Below, in pieces: positions 49,953 through 60,889 of a stretch of DNA of 64,000 nt. The first letter of the stretch is position 1, and the number at the start of each line of letters is the position of its first letter. Source of the stretch: an uncultured Candidatus Actinomarina sp. (GTDB lineage: Bacteria > Actinomycetota > Acidimicrobiia > Actinomarinales > Actinomarinaceae); assembly GCA_902534495.1 (NCBI GenBank), contig CACAQC010000004.1, positions 5,657-69,656 on the forward strand. Reading direction: 5' to 3'. Made by a program: the position numbers and the translations under genes. A model generated the notes under the pieces. The model had not been told where the DNA came from. It was given only the letters and a program-made list of their open reading frames with translations, and did not search any database.

Positions 49953-51665
49953 GTGAGTAAAGAACAACTTACCGGTGCAGAATTAGTTATTAGAGGTCTT
50001 GAGTACCTCAATATATCAACTGTTTTTGGTGTACCTGGTGGTGCAATCTTACCTGCTTATGATCCATTGTACGATAGTCCAATACGACATATCTTAGCAA
50101 GGCACGAACAAGGTGCCGGTCACATGGCTGAGGGGTACGCGCAGTCAACCGGCGAACTTGGTGTTGTAATTGCAACATCTGGTCCAGGTGCTACAAACCT
50201 TATAACTCCATTAGCAAATGCTTTGATGGACTCTACTCCTCTTTTAGCAATAACTGGTCAAGTGGCATCTGATGCAATTGGCAATGATGCTTTTCAAGAG
50301 GCATACACTGTAGGACTTTCAATGGCAGCTACAAAACACAATTATTTAATAACAGATGCTTCCGAAATACCTCAAGTTTTAAAAGAAGCAAAGTATATCG
50401 CAACTTCTGGAAGACCCGGACCAGTGTTAATTGATATTCCAAAAGATATTTTAAATCAAAAATCTGATTGGATTGATCCAGGTCCTCTTGAACTACCGGG
50501 ATATAAACCAACATTAGATCCTAATCCAAAAATGATACAGCAAGCAGCAAATTTAATTAAAAATTCAAAAAAACCCGTACTCTACGTTGGTGGTGGAATT
50601 ATACATTCAAAAGCCAACAAAGAGCTTTTTGATCTGGCAACTAAATTTAATATCCCTGTTGTCACAACATTAATGGGCAGAGGTGCATTCCCTGACGGTC
50701 ATGAGTTATGTCTGGAAATGCCCGGGATGCACGGAAATTATACAGCAACAACATCTATACAGAAGTCAGATTTACTTATTGCTATAGGTGTCCGATTTGA
50801 TGATAGAGTAACCGCTAATCCATCATTTTTTGCACAAAATGCAAAAGTAATTCATGCCGATATAGACCCTGCTGAAATAGGAAAAGTAAGAGAAGCTCAA
50901 GTACCCATAGTTGGAGATGCAAAAAGTGTGATACTAGGGCTTATTGATGCACTGCAAGATGAAGAACTTGATACGAAAAATTGGATAAACGAACTGAATG
51001 GTATGAAAACTGAACATCCGCTTTCTTATAATCAAGATGAAAATGGTCCCTTGAAAGTTCCATTTGTTCTTGAAGAGCTGCAAGATCTTACTGAAGAAGG
51101 AGCAATAGTTGTTTCAGGGGTTGGCCAACATCAAATGTGGATATCACAACACTGGAATTTCACCGAACCAAACACATGGTTAAATTCAGGCGGTCTTGGA
51201 ACTATGGGATATTCATTACCAGCAGCAATTGGTGCTAAGACTGCATATCCAGAGAAATTAGTACTTGCATTAGATGGAGATGGCTGTTTTCAAATGACTT
51301 GTCAAGAGTTGATTACTGCCACTACAGAAAATATACCTATAAAAATTGTTGTATTTAACAATGGAAATCATGGAATGGTTAGACAGTGGCAAAAAATATT
51401 TTATAACAGTAAATTCTCTGCGTCTGAACTAGGCCACGTAGTGCCTGACTATGTCAAATTGGCAGAGTCGATGGGCGCTGTAGGTTTAAGAATGATAAAA
51501 AAATCTGAAGTAAAAAATGTCTTCTCAGAAATGTTAAAGATTAACGATAGACCAGTATTAATTGATTGCGTTGTAGACCCTGAAGATATGGTTTTTCCTA
51601 TGGTTCCAGCAGGTGGTAGTAATGACCAAATAATTTTAAATGAAAAAGATTTAAAAAATTTATGA
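49953..51665 (+). CDS. ilvB: Acetolactate synthase large subunit
   Basis: 570 aa with ThDP motif GGLGTMGYSLPAAIGA...LDGDGCFQM...NNG. GTG start with GGAG 14 nt upstream. Confidence 0.95.
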   Translation: MSKEQLTGAELVIRGLEYLNISTVFGVPGGAILPAYDPLYDSPIRHILARHEQGAGHMAEGYAQSTGELGVVIATSGPGATNLITPLANALMDSTPLLAITGQVASDAIGNDAFQEAYTVGLSMAATKHNYLITDASEIPQVLKEAKYIATSGRPGPVLIDIPKDILNQKSDWIDPGPLELPGYKPTLDPNPKMIQQAANLIKNSKKPVLYVGGGIIHSKANKELFDLATKFNIPVVTTLMGRGAFPDGHELCLEMPGMHGNYTATTSIQKSDLLIAIGVRFDDRVTANPSFFAQNAKVIHADIDPAEIGKVREAQVPIVGDAKSVILGLIDALQDEELDTKNWINELNGMKTEHPLSYNQDENGPLKVPFVLEELQDLTEEGAIVVSGVGQHQMWISQHWNFTEPNTWLNSGGLGTMGYSLPAAIGAKTAYPEKLVLALDGDGCFQMTCQELITATTENIPIKIVVFNNGNHGMVRQWQKIFYNSKFSASELGHVVPDYVKLAESMGAVGLRMIKKSEVKNVFSEMLKINDRPVLIDCVVDPEDMVFPMVPAGGSNDQIILNEKDLKNL

Positions 51666-52135
51666 GTGAAAGAATTTTATCTGTTTTAGTTGAAGACAAA
51701 CCTGGTGTATTAGCTAGGGTTGCGTCAACTATCTCTAGACGTGGTTTTAATATAAATTCATTATCTGTGGGACCCACTCACATAGAAGGAAGATCAAAAA
51801 TGACAATCGTCACTGAACTTGATGCTGTAGAACAAGTAAAGAAACAACTTAACAAGCTAGTCAATGTAATAAAAATTGTAGAATTAGACCCAGAAATGAC
51901 AATAGAGACTGAAGTTCTCTTATTAAAAGTATCAATAAATAAAGACAGTCAAACATCAGTCATTGAAAAAGCAAACTTATCTGGTGCTAACTCAGTAGAT
52001 GTTGGACAAAATTATGCAGTTTTTGAACTTACTGGTTCCTCAAAAGAAATAAATAAATTTGAAAATTTAATGAAACCGTTCGGAATAATTGAGATGGTTA
52101 GAGGTGGAAGTATTGCCATTCAAACCAACTTATAA
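51662..52135 (+). CDS. ilvN: Acetolactate synthase small (regulatory) subunit
   Basis: 157 aa with the ACT domain [34 protein letters not shown]. Confidence 0.93.
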   Translation: MSERILSVLVEDKPGVLARVASTISRRGFNINSLSVGPTHIEGRSKMTIVTELDAVEQVKKQLNKLVNVIKIVELDPEMTIETEVLLLKVSINKDSQTSVIEKANLSGANSVDVGQNYAVFELTGSSKEINKFENLMKPFGIIEMVRGGSIAIQTNL

Positions 52136-52143
52136 GGAGAAGT

Positions 52144-53160
52144 ATGGAAACAAAGATAATTTACGATTCATCAATTGATCAAAATCTAATTAAAGAACTA
52201 AAAGTTAGTGTTATTGGTTTTGGCAGTCAAGGTCATGCACACGCATTAAATTTATATGATTCAGGTGTAGATGTTACTGTCGGCCTTAGGGAGAATTCAG
52301 AATCATTCAAAAGAGCACAAAAGATGGGTTTAAAAGTTGAAAACCTAGAAAATGCTGTATCTGATGCAGACATTGTAATGTTGCTACTTCCAGATCAAGT
52401 TATGGCAGATGTTTATAACTCTGAGATTGCAGACAATATAAAAGAAGGTGCAACTTTACTTTTTGCTCATGGATTCAATATTCATTTCAATGAGATAATT
52501 CCAAGAGAAGACTTATCTGTAGGCATGGTTGCGCCAAAGGGCCCAGGTCATTTATTACGCAGAACTTATGAAGAAGGAAGTGGGATGCCATGCTTAGTAG
52601 CGGTCGAAAAAGACTCAAGTGGAAATACACATGAAATTGCCCTTTCATATGCTTCAGCTATAGGAGGTGGACGTGCTGGTATTCTAAATACAACTTTTAA
52701 GGAAGAAACAGAAACTGACTTATTTGGTGAACAAGTAGTTTTATGTGGTGGATTGACAGAGTTAATAAGAAACGGTTTTGAAACACTTGTGGAAGCTGGA
52801 TACCAACCTGAAAGTGCTTATTTTGAAACTCTTCATGAAGTTAAATTGATTGTTGACTTAATGTATGAAGGCGGTTTTGAGTGGATGAGACATTCAATTT
52901 CAGATACAGCTGAATATGGTGACTTTTCACGTGGTTCAAGAATAATTACAAATGAAACAAAAAATGAAATGAAAAAAGTGTTAGAAGAAATACAGTCTGG
53001 TGCATTTGCAAAAGAATGGATGTCACAAGCAAGAGAAGGTGCGCCATTTCTAAATCAAATGCGAGAAGAGGCTTCAGCTCATCAAATTGAAGCTATAGGA
53101 AAAAATTTAAGAAATATGATGCCTTTTCTAGATGCTAAGGATGTAAAAAAAGATAAATGA
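52144..53160 (+). CDS. ilvC: Ketol-acid reductoisomerase (class I)
   Basis: 338 aa. Contains [14 protein letters not shown] and [11 protein letters not shown]. Confidence 0.96.
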   Translation: METKIIYDSSIDQNLIKELKVSVIGFGSQGHAHALNLYDSGVDVTVGLRENSESFKRAQKMGLKVENLENAVSDADIVMLLLPDQVMADVYNSEIADNIKEGATLLFAHGFNIHFNEIIPREDLSVGMVAPKGPGHLLRRTYEEGSGMPCLVAVEKDSSGNTHEIALSYASAIGGGRAGILNTTFKEETETDLFGEQVVLCGGLTELIRNGFETLVEAGYQPESAYFETLHEVKLIVDLMYEGGFEWMRHSISDTAEYGDFSRGSRIITNETKNEMKKVLEEIQSGAFAKEWMSQAREGAPFLNQMREEASAHQIEAIGKNLRNMMPFLDAKDVKKDK

Positions 53161-54647
53161 GTGAAGATAAACTTGTAATATTTGATACAACACTTCGAGA
53201 TGGTGAGCAAAGTCCAGGTATTGCTCTAACTCCATCAGAAAAACTTCTAATTGCACAGCAGTTAGAAAAATTAAAGGTTGATGTAATTGAAGCTGGATTT
53301 GCTGCATCCTCCCCTGGTGATTGGGAAGGTGTTAATCTAATAGCAAAAAATATTAAAAATTCTACAATTGCGTCTCTTGCAAGATGTCATCCAGATGACA
53401 TTGAACAAGCTTGGGAAGCAATTAAAATTGCAAAGGACTCAAGAATTCATGTATTTACCTCAACATCTGAAATTCATATGGAACATATGCTACGAAAAAC
53501 AAAGAAAGATATTCTAAAAGACACAAGAGAATCTGTAAAATATGCGAAAAAATTATGTCAAGATGTTGAATTTTCTGCACAAGACGCAACAAGAACAGAC
53601 AAAGAATTTCTAATTGAAGTTTTAAAAACTGCCGTTGAAGAGGGTGCTACAACTATAAATGTTCCTGATACCGTAGGTTATGCAACACCAAAAGACTATC
53701 TAGATCTTCTCCAATCAGTATTTGAAGATGTTAAGGGTGGTAATGAAGATGTCATTATTTCTACTCATTGTCACAACGATCTTGGATTAGCAGTTGCTAA
53801 CTCTCTTACTGCAATAACTGCAGGTGCGAGACAAATAGAAGGTGCAATTAATGGTATTGGTGAAAGAGCTGGTAATACTTCAACAGAAGAGATCATTATG
53901 GCAATAAAGACAAGACAAGATCAGTTTGGAGTAGATATAAAAGCAGAAACTACTGAAATTTTTGAAACTTCTAGATTAGTTTCGAAATTAACTGGATATC
54001 CTGTTCAATACAATAAGGCGGTTGTAGGAAAAAATGCATTTAGTCACGAGTCTGGAATTCATCAACATGGTTATTTGAGGAATACTACAACCTACGAAAT
54101 AATGTCACCCGACTCTGTTGGACAAGAAGCAAAAATAATTTTAGGTAAACATTCTGGTCGTGCAGGATTTAAAGATGCACTAGACAATTTAAATATAAGC
54201 CTTGATGATGATTCATTTAATAATGCATTCGATACTTTTAAAAAAATTGCAGATAGGAAAGGTGAAATAGTTGAAAATGAATTAAGAGCTATTGTTGGAC
54301 AAGTTGAAAATAAAGAAAATTCAACAAAGTTAGTATCTGTATCTGTAAATAGTAAAGATGAACATGCATCTGCAGAAGTAACACTAAAAGTGGATGGAAA
54401 AGAAGTTACAGAAGAAGCAACTGGTGACGGAATGATTCATGCAGCATTTACAGCAGTAAAGAAGATACTAGATTCTGATGCGAAATTGATTGACTACCGT
54501 GTGGAAAGTATTACTAAAGGTTCAGACGCAACTGCAGAAATCGTTACAATAATAAATGATGGCCATTTGATGAAACAGGGACGCGCTGTATCTACAGATG
54601 TAGTACAAGGTTCAGTTGAATCATTTCTAAATGCATTAAATAAATGA
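53157..54647 (+). CDS. leuA: 2-isopropylmalate synthase (citramalate synthase not excluded)
   Basis: 496 aa. Contains [13 protein letters not shown] and [14 protein letters not shown], with a C-terminal LeuA regulatory domain. Confidence 0.85.
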   Translation: MSEDKLVIFDTTLRDGEQSPGIALTPSEKLLIAQQLEKLKVDVIEAGFAASSPGDWEGVNLIAKNIKNSTIASLARCHPDDIEQAWEAIKIAKDSRIHVFTSTSEIHMEHMLRKTKKDILKDTRESVKYAKKLCQDVEFSAQDATRTDKEFLIEVLKTAVEEGATTINVPDTVGYATPKDYLDLLQSVFEDVKGGNEDVIISTHCHNDLGLAVANSLTAITAGARQIEGAINGIGERAGNTSTEEIIMAIKTRQDQFGVDIKAETTEIFETSRLVSKLTGYPVQYNKAVVGKNAFSHESGIHQHGYLRNTTTYEIMSPDSVGQEAKIILGKHSGRAGFKDALDNLNISLDDDSFNNAFDTFKKIADRKGEIVENELRAIVGQVENKENSTKLVSVSVNSKDEHASAEVTLKVDGKEVTEEATGDGMIHAAFTAVKKILDSDAKLIDYRVESITKGSDATAEIVTIINDGHLMKQGRAVSTDVVQGSVESFLNALNK

Positions 54648-55711
54648 GTAAAGCATATAATATCTCGCTTCTCCCTGGAGATGGTACAGGTCCTGAAGTA
54701 GTAAATGAAGCAGTTAAAGTACTAAGTAAAACCTCATCTTATTACGACACTCAATTCAGCTTTTCACACAATGATCTTGGAGGAGATAGATATTTAAATA
54801 CTGGTGACTTAGTAACAAATAATGATATTAAACAATTTCAAGATTCAGATGCAGTACTACTCGGTGCAATCGGCCACCCAGATGTAAAGCCAGGTATATT
54901 AGAGCAAGGTATTCTTCTCAAACTCAGGAAAGAGTTTGACCAATATATTAACCTCAGACCAGTAATTTTATATCCAGGAGTAGAGACCCCTCTTGCCAAT
55001 AAAGAGCCGGAAGATATTGATTTTATTGTTGTCAGAGAAAATACAGAAGGACTATACGCTGGTGCTGGAGGCTATATACATTATGGAACTGAAAATGAGA
55101 TAGCAACTCAAGAATCAATAAATTCTTATCATGCAATTCATCGATGCATAAAATACGCATTTGAGTATACAAAGAATAACAATAGAAAAAAAATTACTCT
55201 CTGTGCCAAAACAAATGTGCTAACTTTTGCACATGATTTATGGGAGAGAATCTTTTACGATGTTGCAAAAGATTATCCTGATATTGAAACTGATTATGGA
55301 CACGTAGATGCAATTTGTATGTGGATGGTTAAAAATCCAGAATGGTTTGATGTTATCGTTACGGATAACATGTTCGGAGACATTATCACTGATTTAGGCG
55401 CAATGATTCAGGGAGGAATGGGGATCGCTGCAGGTGGAAATATCAATCCGTTAGGAACATCAATGTTCGAACCTATAGGAGGGTCTGCGCCAAAGTATAC
55501 AGGTAAAAATATTATTAATCCTCTTGCTTGTATAGGAGCTGGTGCAATGATGGTTAAAGAATTAGGTGAAGAAAAATATGCATCTGATATTGAAAAAGCA
55601 ATCATTAATACGGCAATTAAATTAGATTCTCTTTCAGCTGGAAAAATGGGAATGTCTACTGAAGAAGTTGGTGATTCAGTAGTTGAAGAATTATCTAATT
55701 TAAATGAGTGA
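54644..55711 (+). CDS. leuB: 3-isopropylmalate dehydrogenase
   Basis: 355 aa. Contains [20 protein letters not shown] and [13 protein letters not shown] related beta-decarboxylating dehydrogenase is not excluded. Confidence 0.8.
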   Translation: MSKAYNISLLPGDGTGPEVVNEAVKVLSKTSSYYDTQFSFSHNDLGGDRYLNTGDLVTNNDIKQFQDSDAVLLGAIGHPDVKPGILEQGILLKLRKEFDQYINLRPVILYPGVETPLANKEPEDIDFIVVRENTEGLYAGAGGYIHYGTENEIATQESINSYHAIHRCIKYAFEYTKNNNRKKITLCAKTNVLTFAHDLWERIFYDVAKDYPDIETDYGHVDAICMWMVKNPEWFDVIVTDNMFGDIITDLGAMIQGGMGIAAGGNINPLGTSMFEPIGGSAPKYTGKNIINPLACIGAGAMMVKELGEEKYASDIEKAIINTAIKLDSLSAGKMGMSTEEVGDSVVEELSNLNE

Positions 55712-56312
55712 AGATTTCACTTACCTAGAAAACCTAATATCAAACAGAAAAGTTGTAAGGAATTATAAAAAAATTGAAATTGATCGTGAAAAATTAAAAA
55801 ATATTTCAAAATTTAGTATAAAAATCCCAACTGCAGGGTTTTCGCGCGGGATAGAAATTTTACAAGTAACTAATCAACAAAGCATTAGTAGTATTGCTGA
55901 ATGCTTTAATGAGCTAGAGTATATCAAAAAAGGAAAGCCTAAATGGATATCAAATTCCATTTGTTTATTTTTTATCCTACTAAATGAAAATGCTTACCAC
56001 CAGAGATACGATAGTCTCGACAAAGTCAAAAGCGTAAGTTCAAAAGATTGGGATATTCCCTATTGGTATGTAGATGCAGGTGCAGCAATGATGAATTGTA
56101 TGTTACTGATTGAAGAGCAAGAATTAAAAAGTGGTTTTATGGGATTACACAATACAGACAGAGATGGCATACATAAAATGTTAAATATTCCAAATACATA
56201 TAAAATTATTGGAATGATTACTGCAGGTATAGAAGATAACAATAATATTGAAAAAAAAACAAAAACAAAAACAAAGAAAAAACTAGTACATTATGAGAAA
56301 TTCAATAAATAA
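55704..56312 (+). CDS. Nitroreductase-family protein with Lys-rich tail
   Basis: 202 aa. N-terminal RKVVRNYKK...IPTAGFSRG fits the nitroreductase fold pattern. C-terminal EKKTKTKTKKK. Confidence 0.6.
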   Translation: MSEDFTYLENLISNRKVVRNYKKIEIDREKLKNISKFSIKIPTAGFSRGIEILQVTNQQSISSIAECFNELEYIKKGKPKWISNSICLFFILLNENAYHQRYDSLDKVKSVSSKDWDIPYWYVDAGAAMMNCMLLIEEQELKSGFMGLHNTDRDGIHKMLNIPNTYKIIGMITAGIEDNNNIEKKTKTKTKKKLVHYEKFNK

Positions 56313-57084
56313 ATATATTGAATCTTTAAACAATCCAGAATATAAATTTTTAATATCTCTTAAAAAAAACAGAAATAGAAAATCTGAAAATAAATCTATT
56401 GCTGAAGGATATCGAGAGAACTCAAATTTAATTGATTCAAGCTTGAATGTTGATACTTTATATATCTGTCCAGAGTTTTTTGTAGGTGAAAATAATGAAA
56501 AACTTATTAGAAAATTTAAAAATAAAAATATTCGAATTGTAAAAGTAGCATCAAAAGTATTTAAAGAAATATCTTATCGTGATAAACCAGACGGAATGAT
56601 TTCTGTTTTTGATGTAAATAAAAACAAGTTACCAAAAACAATATCTGGCCCAATTCTAATACCAGACCAAATTGAAAAACCTGGAAATTTAGGAACTATG
56701 ATAAGGACCTCAAAATCATTTGGTATAAATAATATATTATTATCTGATGAAATAACTGATGTATATAATCCTAATGTCATAAGAGCTTCAATAGGTCATA
56801 TATTTAATTCAAATATATCTAGTGGAAGTAATGATGAAATAATTTCATTATTGGAGGCTAATGGTTACCAAGTTCTATTGTTAGACCCAGAGGGAGATGA
56901 GAGTCTTGAAGGTTTTGTCCCTAAACAGAATTTTGCTTTGGTAGTTGGTGCTGAACAATATGGTATTTCTATTAATTGGTTTAACTCTAACTACATATCC
57001 CTTTTTATTAGATCTACAAATAATGTTGACTCAATAAATGCATCTTCAGCAGCAGCTATAGCAATGTGGGAGCTAACAAAATAA
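56293..57084 (+). CDS. TrmH/SpoU-family RNA 2'-O-methyltransferase
   Basis: 263 aa. Contains PGNLGTMIRTS, VVGAEQYGIS and the C-terminal SINASSAAAIAMWE (SPOUT knot motifs). Confidence 0.8.
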   Translation: MRNSINKYIESLNNPEYKFLISLKKNRNRKSENKSIAEGYRENSNLIDSSLNVDTLYICPEFFVGENNEKLIRKFKNKNIRIVKVASKVFKEISYRDKPDGMISVFDVNKNKLPKTISGPILIPDQIEKPGNLGTMIRTSKSFGINNILLSDEITDVYNPNVIRASIGHIFNSNISSGSNDEIISLLEANGYQVLLLDPEGDESLEGFVPKQNFALVVGAEQYGISINWFNSNYISLFIRSTNNVDSINASSAAAIAMWELTK

Positions 57085-58599
57085 TTGGAATTTATAAAAA
57101 ATAAAAATATTGTTGTTTTAGATATTGAAACTACTGGAATAAAAGCTAATACTGACAAAATTATTGAACTTTATATGCTGAAAGTTTACAACAATGAAGT
57201 TGTAGATGAATACTATTCAAAATTTAATCCAAAAATTGAAATTCCATTATTCATTTCAAATTTAACAGGGATATATCAATGGCATGTCAATTCCTCTCCA
57301 ACAATTGACCAAGAGATCAAAAATATCAAAAATTTTATTGGTGATTCTGTTGTTATAGGTCATAATTTAAAATTTGATTTGTCTTTTTTAAATTATGACT
57401 TAATAAATCATGGGCTAAAAAATATTACGAACGAAAATATAGATACCTTAAAGTTATCAAGAGCTTTATTGAGGAATAAAGTTAAAAATCATAAACTATC
57501 TACATTAAGTCGTTACTTTAAAACAACTAATAAGAATGAGCATAATTCAAAAGCTGACGTTTTAACAACTTATGAAGTATTCAAATATCTTGGGAGTGAT
57601 GAAAGAATTATAAATAAGAAGACTATTTCGCATTTAAATTCTTTTTTAAACAAAGTTGATGATCAACTAAAAGTTAAATTTTCCTATGAAGATATACCCA
57701 ATACAGTAGGTATTTACTGCTTTTTACAAAATAACAAAATTCAATATGTAGGAAAATCAAACAATCTAAGAAACAGAATTGGATCACATCTAAGTTACGC
57801 GAGAAGCTTTAAATCAAATAAAATAGTAACTAATTCGAATAATTTAAATTTTATTGAATTGGATAGTGAATTAGTAGCACTCATTGCAGAGCATAGAATA
57901 ATTAATTTTTTCAAACCAACTTACAATAGAAGCGGTAAAGTACCAAAAAATATCTATTGGGTTAAGTTAAAAAGCAATAAACTCAGACTTGAAATTTCTA
58001 AAATTGAAAGTACAAAAAATACACTATACAAATTTGGACCTTTTACAAGTTACTCGAAAGCAATTTATTACAAACAGTCTATAGAAGAAATATTTCAATT
58101 AATAAAATGTAAGAAAAATAATGCTAGAAAAGAGAAGTGTGATATTTCATTATTATTAAATTCTCAATGTGCTTGCGTAGATAATTTCAGTTTAGAAAAT
58201 TACTTAACCCAAAAAAATAAAGAATTTAAAAAATATTTCGAAAATCTGGATATAAAAATTTTAGAAATAAAAAAATTAATTAAAAATTACTCTAAAAATT
58301 TAGAATTTGAAAATGCTCAAAAATACAAATTATTATTATCCACACTTGAAGAACACCAAGAATTGTCAGATTTATTTAATAAAATACTACAAAATAATAA
58401 TGACATTAATTTAAAACTATCAAATCATGGAATTAAAATTCAAGGCAAACAAATTTTTGTAGAAAACTTTAACGATACTAGTAATTTATTTAAAAATAAT
58501 AACTTGAATGAGGAATACTCTTTTCCACATTTCTTAAGTGAACTTCAAATAATTTTGCGTTACCTAAGAAAATCAGAACCTAATACAATAGTATCATGA
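57085..58599 (+). CDS. DnaQ-like DEDDh 3'-5' exonuclease fused to GIY-YIG nuclease and UVR-like segment (Cho/UvrC-N-like fusion)
   Basis: 504 aa, TTG start. Exo motifs VLDIETTG, GHNLKFDLSFL and HNSKADVLTTYEVF. GIY-YIG motif GIYCFLQNNKIQYVGKSNNLRNRIGSH...FKPTYNR. UVR-like segment LEFENAQKYKLLLSTLEE. Confidence 0.8.
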   Translation: MEFIKNKNIVVLDIETTGIKANTDKIIELYMLKVYNNEVVDEYYSKFNPKIEIPLFISNLTGIYQWHVNSSPTIDQEIKNIKNFIGDSVVIGHNLKFDLSFLNYDLINHGLKNITNENIDTLKLSRALLRNKVKNHKLSTLSRYFKTTNKNEHNSKADVLTTYEVFKYLGSDERIINKKTISHLNSFLNKVDDQLKVKFSYEDIPNTVGIYCFLQNNKIQYVGKSNNLRNRIGSHLSYARSFKSNKIVTNSNNLNFIELDSELVALIAEHRIINFFKPTYNRSGKVPKNIYWVKLKSNKLRLEISKIESTKNTLYKFGPFTSYSKAIYYKQSIEEIFQLIKCKKNNARKEKCDISLLLNSQCACVDNFSLENYLTQKNKEFKKYFENLDIKILEIKKLIKNYSKNLEFENAQKYKLLLSTLEEHQELSDLFNKILQNNNDINLKLSNHGIKIQGKQIFVENFNDTSNLFKNNNLNEEYSFPHFLSELQIILRYLRKSEPNTIVS

Positions 58600-59189
58600 G
58601 CTTATTTTTTGAATCTGACAATCTAACGCTTGGTTACAAAAATCAACTTGTAATTAAAAATTTAAAAATTTCTTTAAACTTTTCAAAAAATTATGAAATT
58701 ACAGGAAGAAATGGTTCTGGGAAAACTACTCTAATCATGTGTATAAGTAATAATTTTATAGGAAACACTTTTAACTCTAATATTTACAGAAAAGATACTT
58801 CAATAATGGAAATTGGCTCTTCCCCATCCCTTATGCCTGAGCTTTCATTGCTAGAAAATATCAAGTATTTTTTATTTAATGAAAATATAAATGAGACCAC
58901 GATATCGAATGTTCTAGATAAATATGAATTAGATAGTTTTAAGAGTGATCTAATTGGAGATTTCTCAAGTGGAATGGTTAAAAGAAGTGAAATTGCAATT
59001 GCAGACCTTAAAAACCCAAAAGTGCTTTGTATTGATGAGCCCAAAGTATATCTTGATGAAAACGGAGTTGACCTATTGCTAAATCTTATTACAAAAAGAG
59101 AAAAGGAAGGAAATGCTTCCATTTTGTCTAGTCAGGAAAGTATTGGTGCATTTACGTCAATTGAAAGGTCAATAAATTTAAATGATTAA
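58596..59189 (+). CDS. ccmA: Heme exporter ATP-binding protein CcmA
   Basis: 197 aa. Walker A GRNGSGKTT, signature FSSGMVKR, Walker B LCIDEP. It is immediately followed by ccmB/C. Confidence 0.8.
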   Translation: MSLFFESDNLTLGYKNQLVIKNLKISLNFSKNYEITGRNGSGKTTLIMCISNNFIGNTFNSNIYRKDTSIMEIGSSPSLMPELSLLENIKYFLFNENINETTISNVLDKYELDSFKSDLIGDFSSGMVKRSEIAIADLKNPKVLCIDEPKVYLDENGVDLLLNLITKREKEGNASILSSQESIGAFTSIERSINLND

Positions 59190-59814
59190 AAAATACATTA
59201 TAAAAAAAGAGCTAAATATGGAATTTAGAAATAATACTTCTTTATTTCTAATTACTCCCACAATGTGCGTTTTGATAATAGTTTTTCCAATTTTGTCAGA
59301 AAATAGATTTCGTGTTGATAATGATATATTTTTGATTGTTGAGCTTTTATTTTTAATTATTTTTACAACACTTTTTTCAATCAGAAACCCTCTAAATGAG
59401 CAGAAATTAATAAAAGAATTAAATTATGGATCTATAAAAAAAGTAGATTATTTTTACAGCAAGACATTCTCAGAATTAATAATTTTTTATCCACAAATAA
59501 TCATTTTGTTAATTCTCTTTTCAGGTTTTACTAATACTTCGTTAAATTCATCTTTATTACAAATATGTTTATCAATTTTATTTTTTTGCTTGAACACAAT
59601 TATGATAAATTTATTTTTCCAAATCTTTACTAGTTTCAGTAATAGATTTGTGCAATTTACATTGATTGTCCCAATTTATATTGGTTTTGCAATTTTAATT
59701 GCACCCCTTTGGTTAGGTGTAAATCAAGGAATAAGTAATATTTACTTATTGATGTTTTTAGGAATAACTATGGTCATATACTCATTCACCAATTTTTATT
59801 TAAGGAAATCGTAA
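59182..59814 (+). CDS. ccmB: Heme exporter membrane protein CcmB (divergent)
   Basis: 210 aa, about 6 TM, with an N-terminal ELNMEFRNN resembling the CcmB ELRxxFR. Assigned partly from its position between ccmA and ccmC. Confidence 0.6.
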   Translation: MIKKYIIKKELNMEFRNNTSLFLITPTMCVLIIVFPILSENRFRVDNDIFLIVELLFLIIFTTLFSIRNPLNEQKLIKELNYGSIKKVDYFYSKTFSELIIFYPQIIILLILFSGFTNTSLNSSLLQICLSILFFCLNTIMINLFFQIFTSFSNRFVQFTLIVPIYIGFAILIAPLWLGVNQGISNIYLLMFLGITMVIYSFTNFYLRKS

Positions 59815-60482
59815 TGATGCTATACGGACCTCTATTAGTTTGGATTGCCGTAGCGTCTCTTGGACCTTACGATGTTACCCAAGGTATGTCATCAAAATTG
59901 TTATACGTACACGTACCTACAGTTTGGGTTGCATATTTAGGTTACTCACTTACTTTTTTGTACTCAGTTTTATATTTCTTTACCAAAAAAGAAAAATATG
60001 ATTCACTTGCAGTTGCTAATGCGATGTCTGGTGTAATTTTTACCATTGTTACTTTACTTTCAGGATCATATTGGGGAAAGCTCACCTGGGGAACATGGTG
60101 GGTGTGGGGCGATGCAAGACTTAATTTGACAGCAATACTTTTACTAGTTTATTTAGGATACATAGCCTCAAGACAATTCAATAAAGATTTAGCCAAAACT
60201 GCTAAGAATTCATCAATTATCGGAATCTTTGGAATTATACAAATTCCAATTTTGCATTTTAGTGTTATATGGTGGAGGTCTGTTCACCAACAAGCAAGCA
60301 TATTAAGTCAGGAAACTGTAGCTTCAGGTGATGCACCTATGTCAAGTGATATACTTGTAACTCTTCTAATTAGTGTTTTACTAGTGACACTTGTTCATGT
60401 TTTCCTTACTAAAAGATTTAGAATATCAAATGATATATCATGGGCAGATTATTTAAATCCTCAATCAAGAGCTAAAATTTAA
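59814..60482 (+). CDS. ccmC: Heme lyase/export protein CcmC
   Basis: 222 aa. Trp-rich WWD region WGTWWVWGDARL; conserved His contexts YVHVP and WWRSVHQQ. Confidence 0.9.
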   Translation: MMLYGPLLVWIAVASLGPYDVTQGMSSKLLYVHVPTVWVAYLGYSLTFLYSVLYFFTKKEKYDSLAVANAMSGVIFTIVTLLSGSYWGKLTWGTWWVWGDARLNLTAILLLVYLGYIASRQFNKDLAKTAKNSSIIGIFGIIQIPILHFSVIWWRSVHQQASILSQETVASGDAPMSSDILVTLLISVLLVTLVHVFLTKRFRISNDISWADYLNPQSRAKI

Positions 60483-60487
60483 CTAAA

Positions 60488-60889
60488 GTGAAAAAAAATC
60501 TATTAATTGTCCTATTGGGCATTGGCTTGATTATTTATGCAAGTACCGTCATTGCATCTAGAAATACTATTTACTACTACACAACCTCAGAAACTTTGGA
60601 AATAGAAATATCAAATGAAGAGAGAATAAAACTTGGAGGATTTGTTTTACAAGATTCTATCACTAAGGATGGAGAATTTACACTCTTTACAATAACTGAT
60701 GGAAATAAAGATATTGATATTGTGTTTGATGGATTTGTTCCTGAACTATTTCAGGAAAATATGGGTGTGATTCTTGATGGAGTATTTGATGATGACTTAT
60801 TCCTTGCTGATGACATGTTAGTTAAGCATGATAATGAGTATGTTTCAAGCGATGGCGAAACATATAATGTAGAAAATTACTCAGAATGA
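60488..60889 (+). CDS. ccmE: Heme chaperone CcmE
   Basis: 133 aa, GTG start, with an N-terminal TM anchor and an OB-fold region. The heme-binding HxxxY motif is in LVKHDNEY. Confidence 0.88.
   Translation: MKKNLLIVLLGIGLIIYASTVIASRNTIYYYTTSETLEIEISNEERIKLGGFVLQDSITKDGEFTLFTITDGNKDIDIVFDGFVPELFQENMGVILDGVFDDDLFLADDMLVKHDNEYVSSDGETYNVENYSE

Noticed and set aside
56250-56282. A-rich tract (A9 followed by CAAAAA repeats) at the end of the nitroreductase gene, considered as a slippage or phase-variation site
   Set aside because: It encodes an in-frame Lys/Thr-rich tail, and the downstream gene starts in its own frame. Nothing in the sequence indicates frameshifting.
32082-59122. Remaining short opposite-strand ORFs in the track (32082, 32295, 33997, 35256, 38401, 38725, 41532, 45313, 45893, 47307, 48312, 49068, 50329, 55408, 56060, 56574, 58784, among others)
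   Set aside because: Each lies inside, or mostly inside, a larger gene with clear family motifs on the other strand. None has recognisable motifs.
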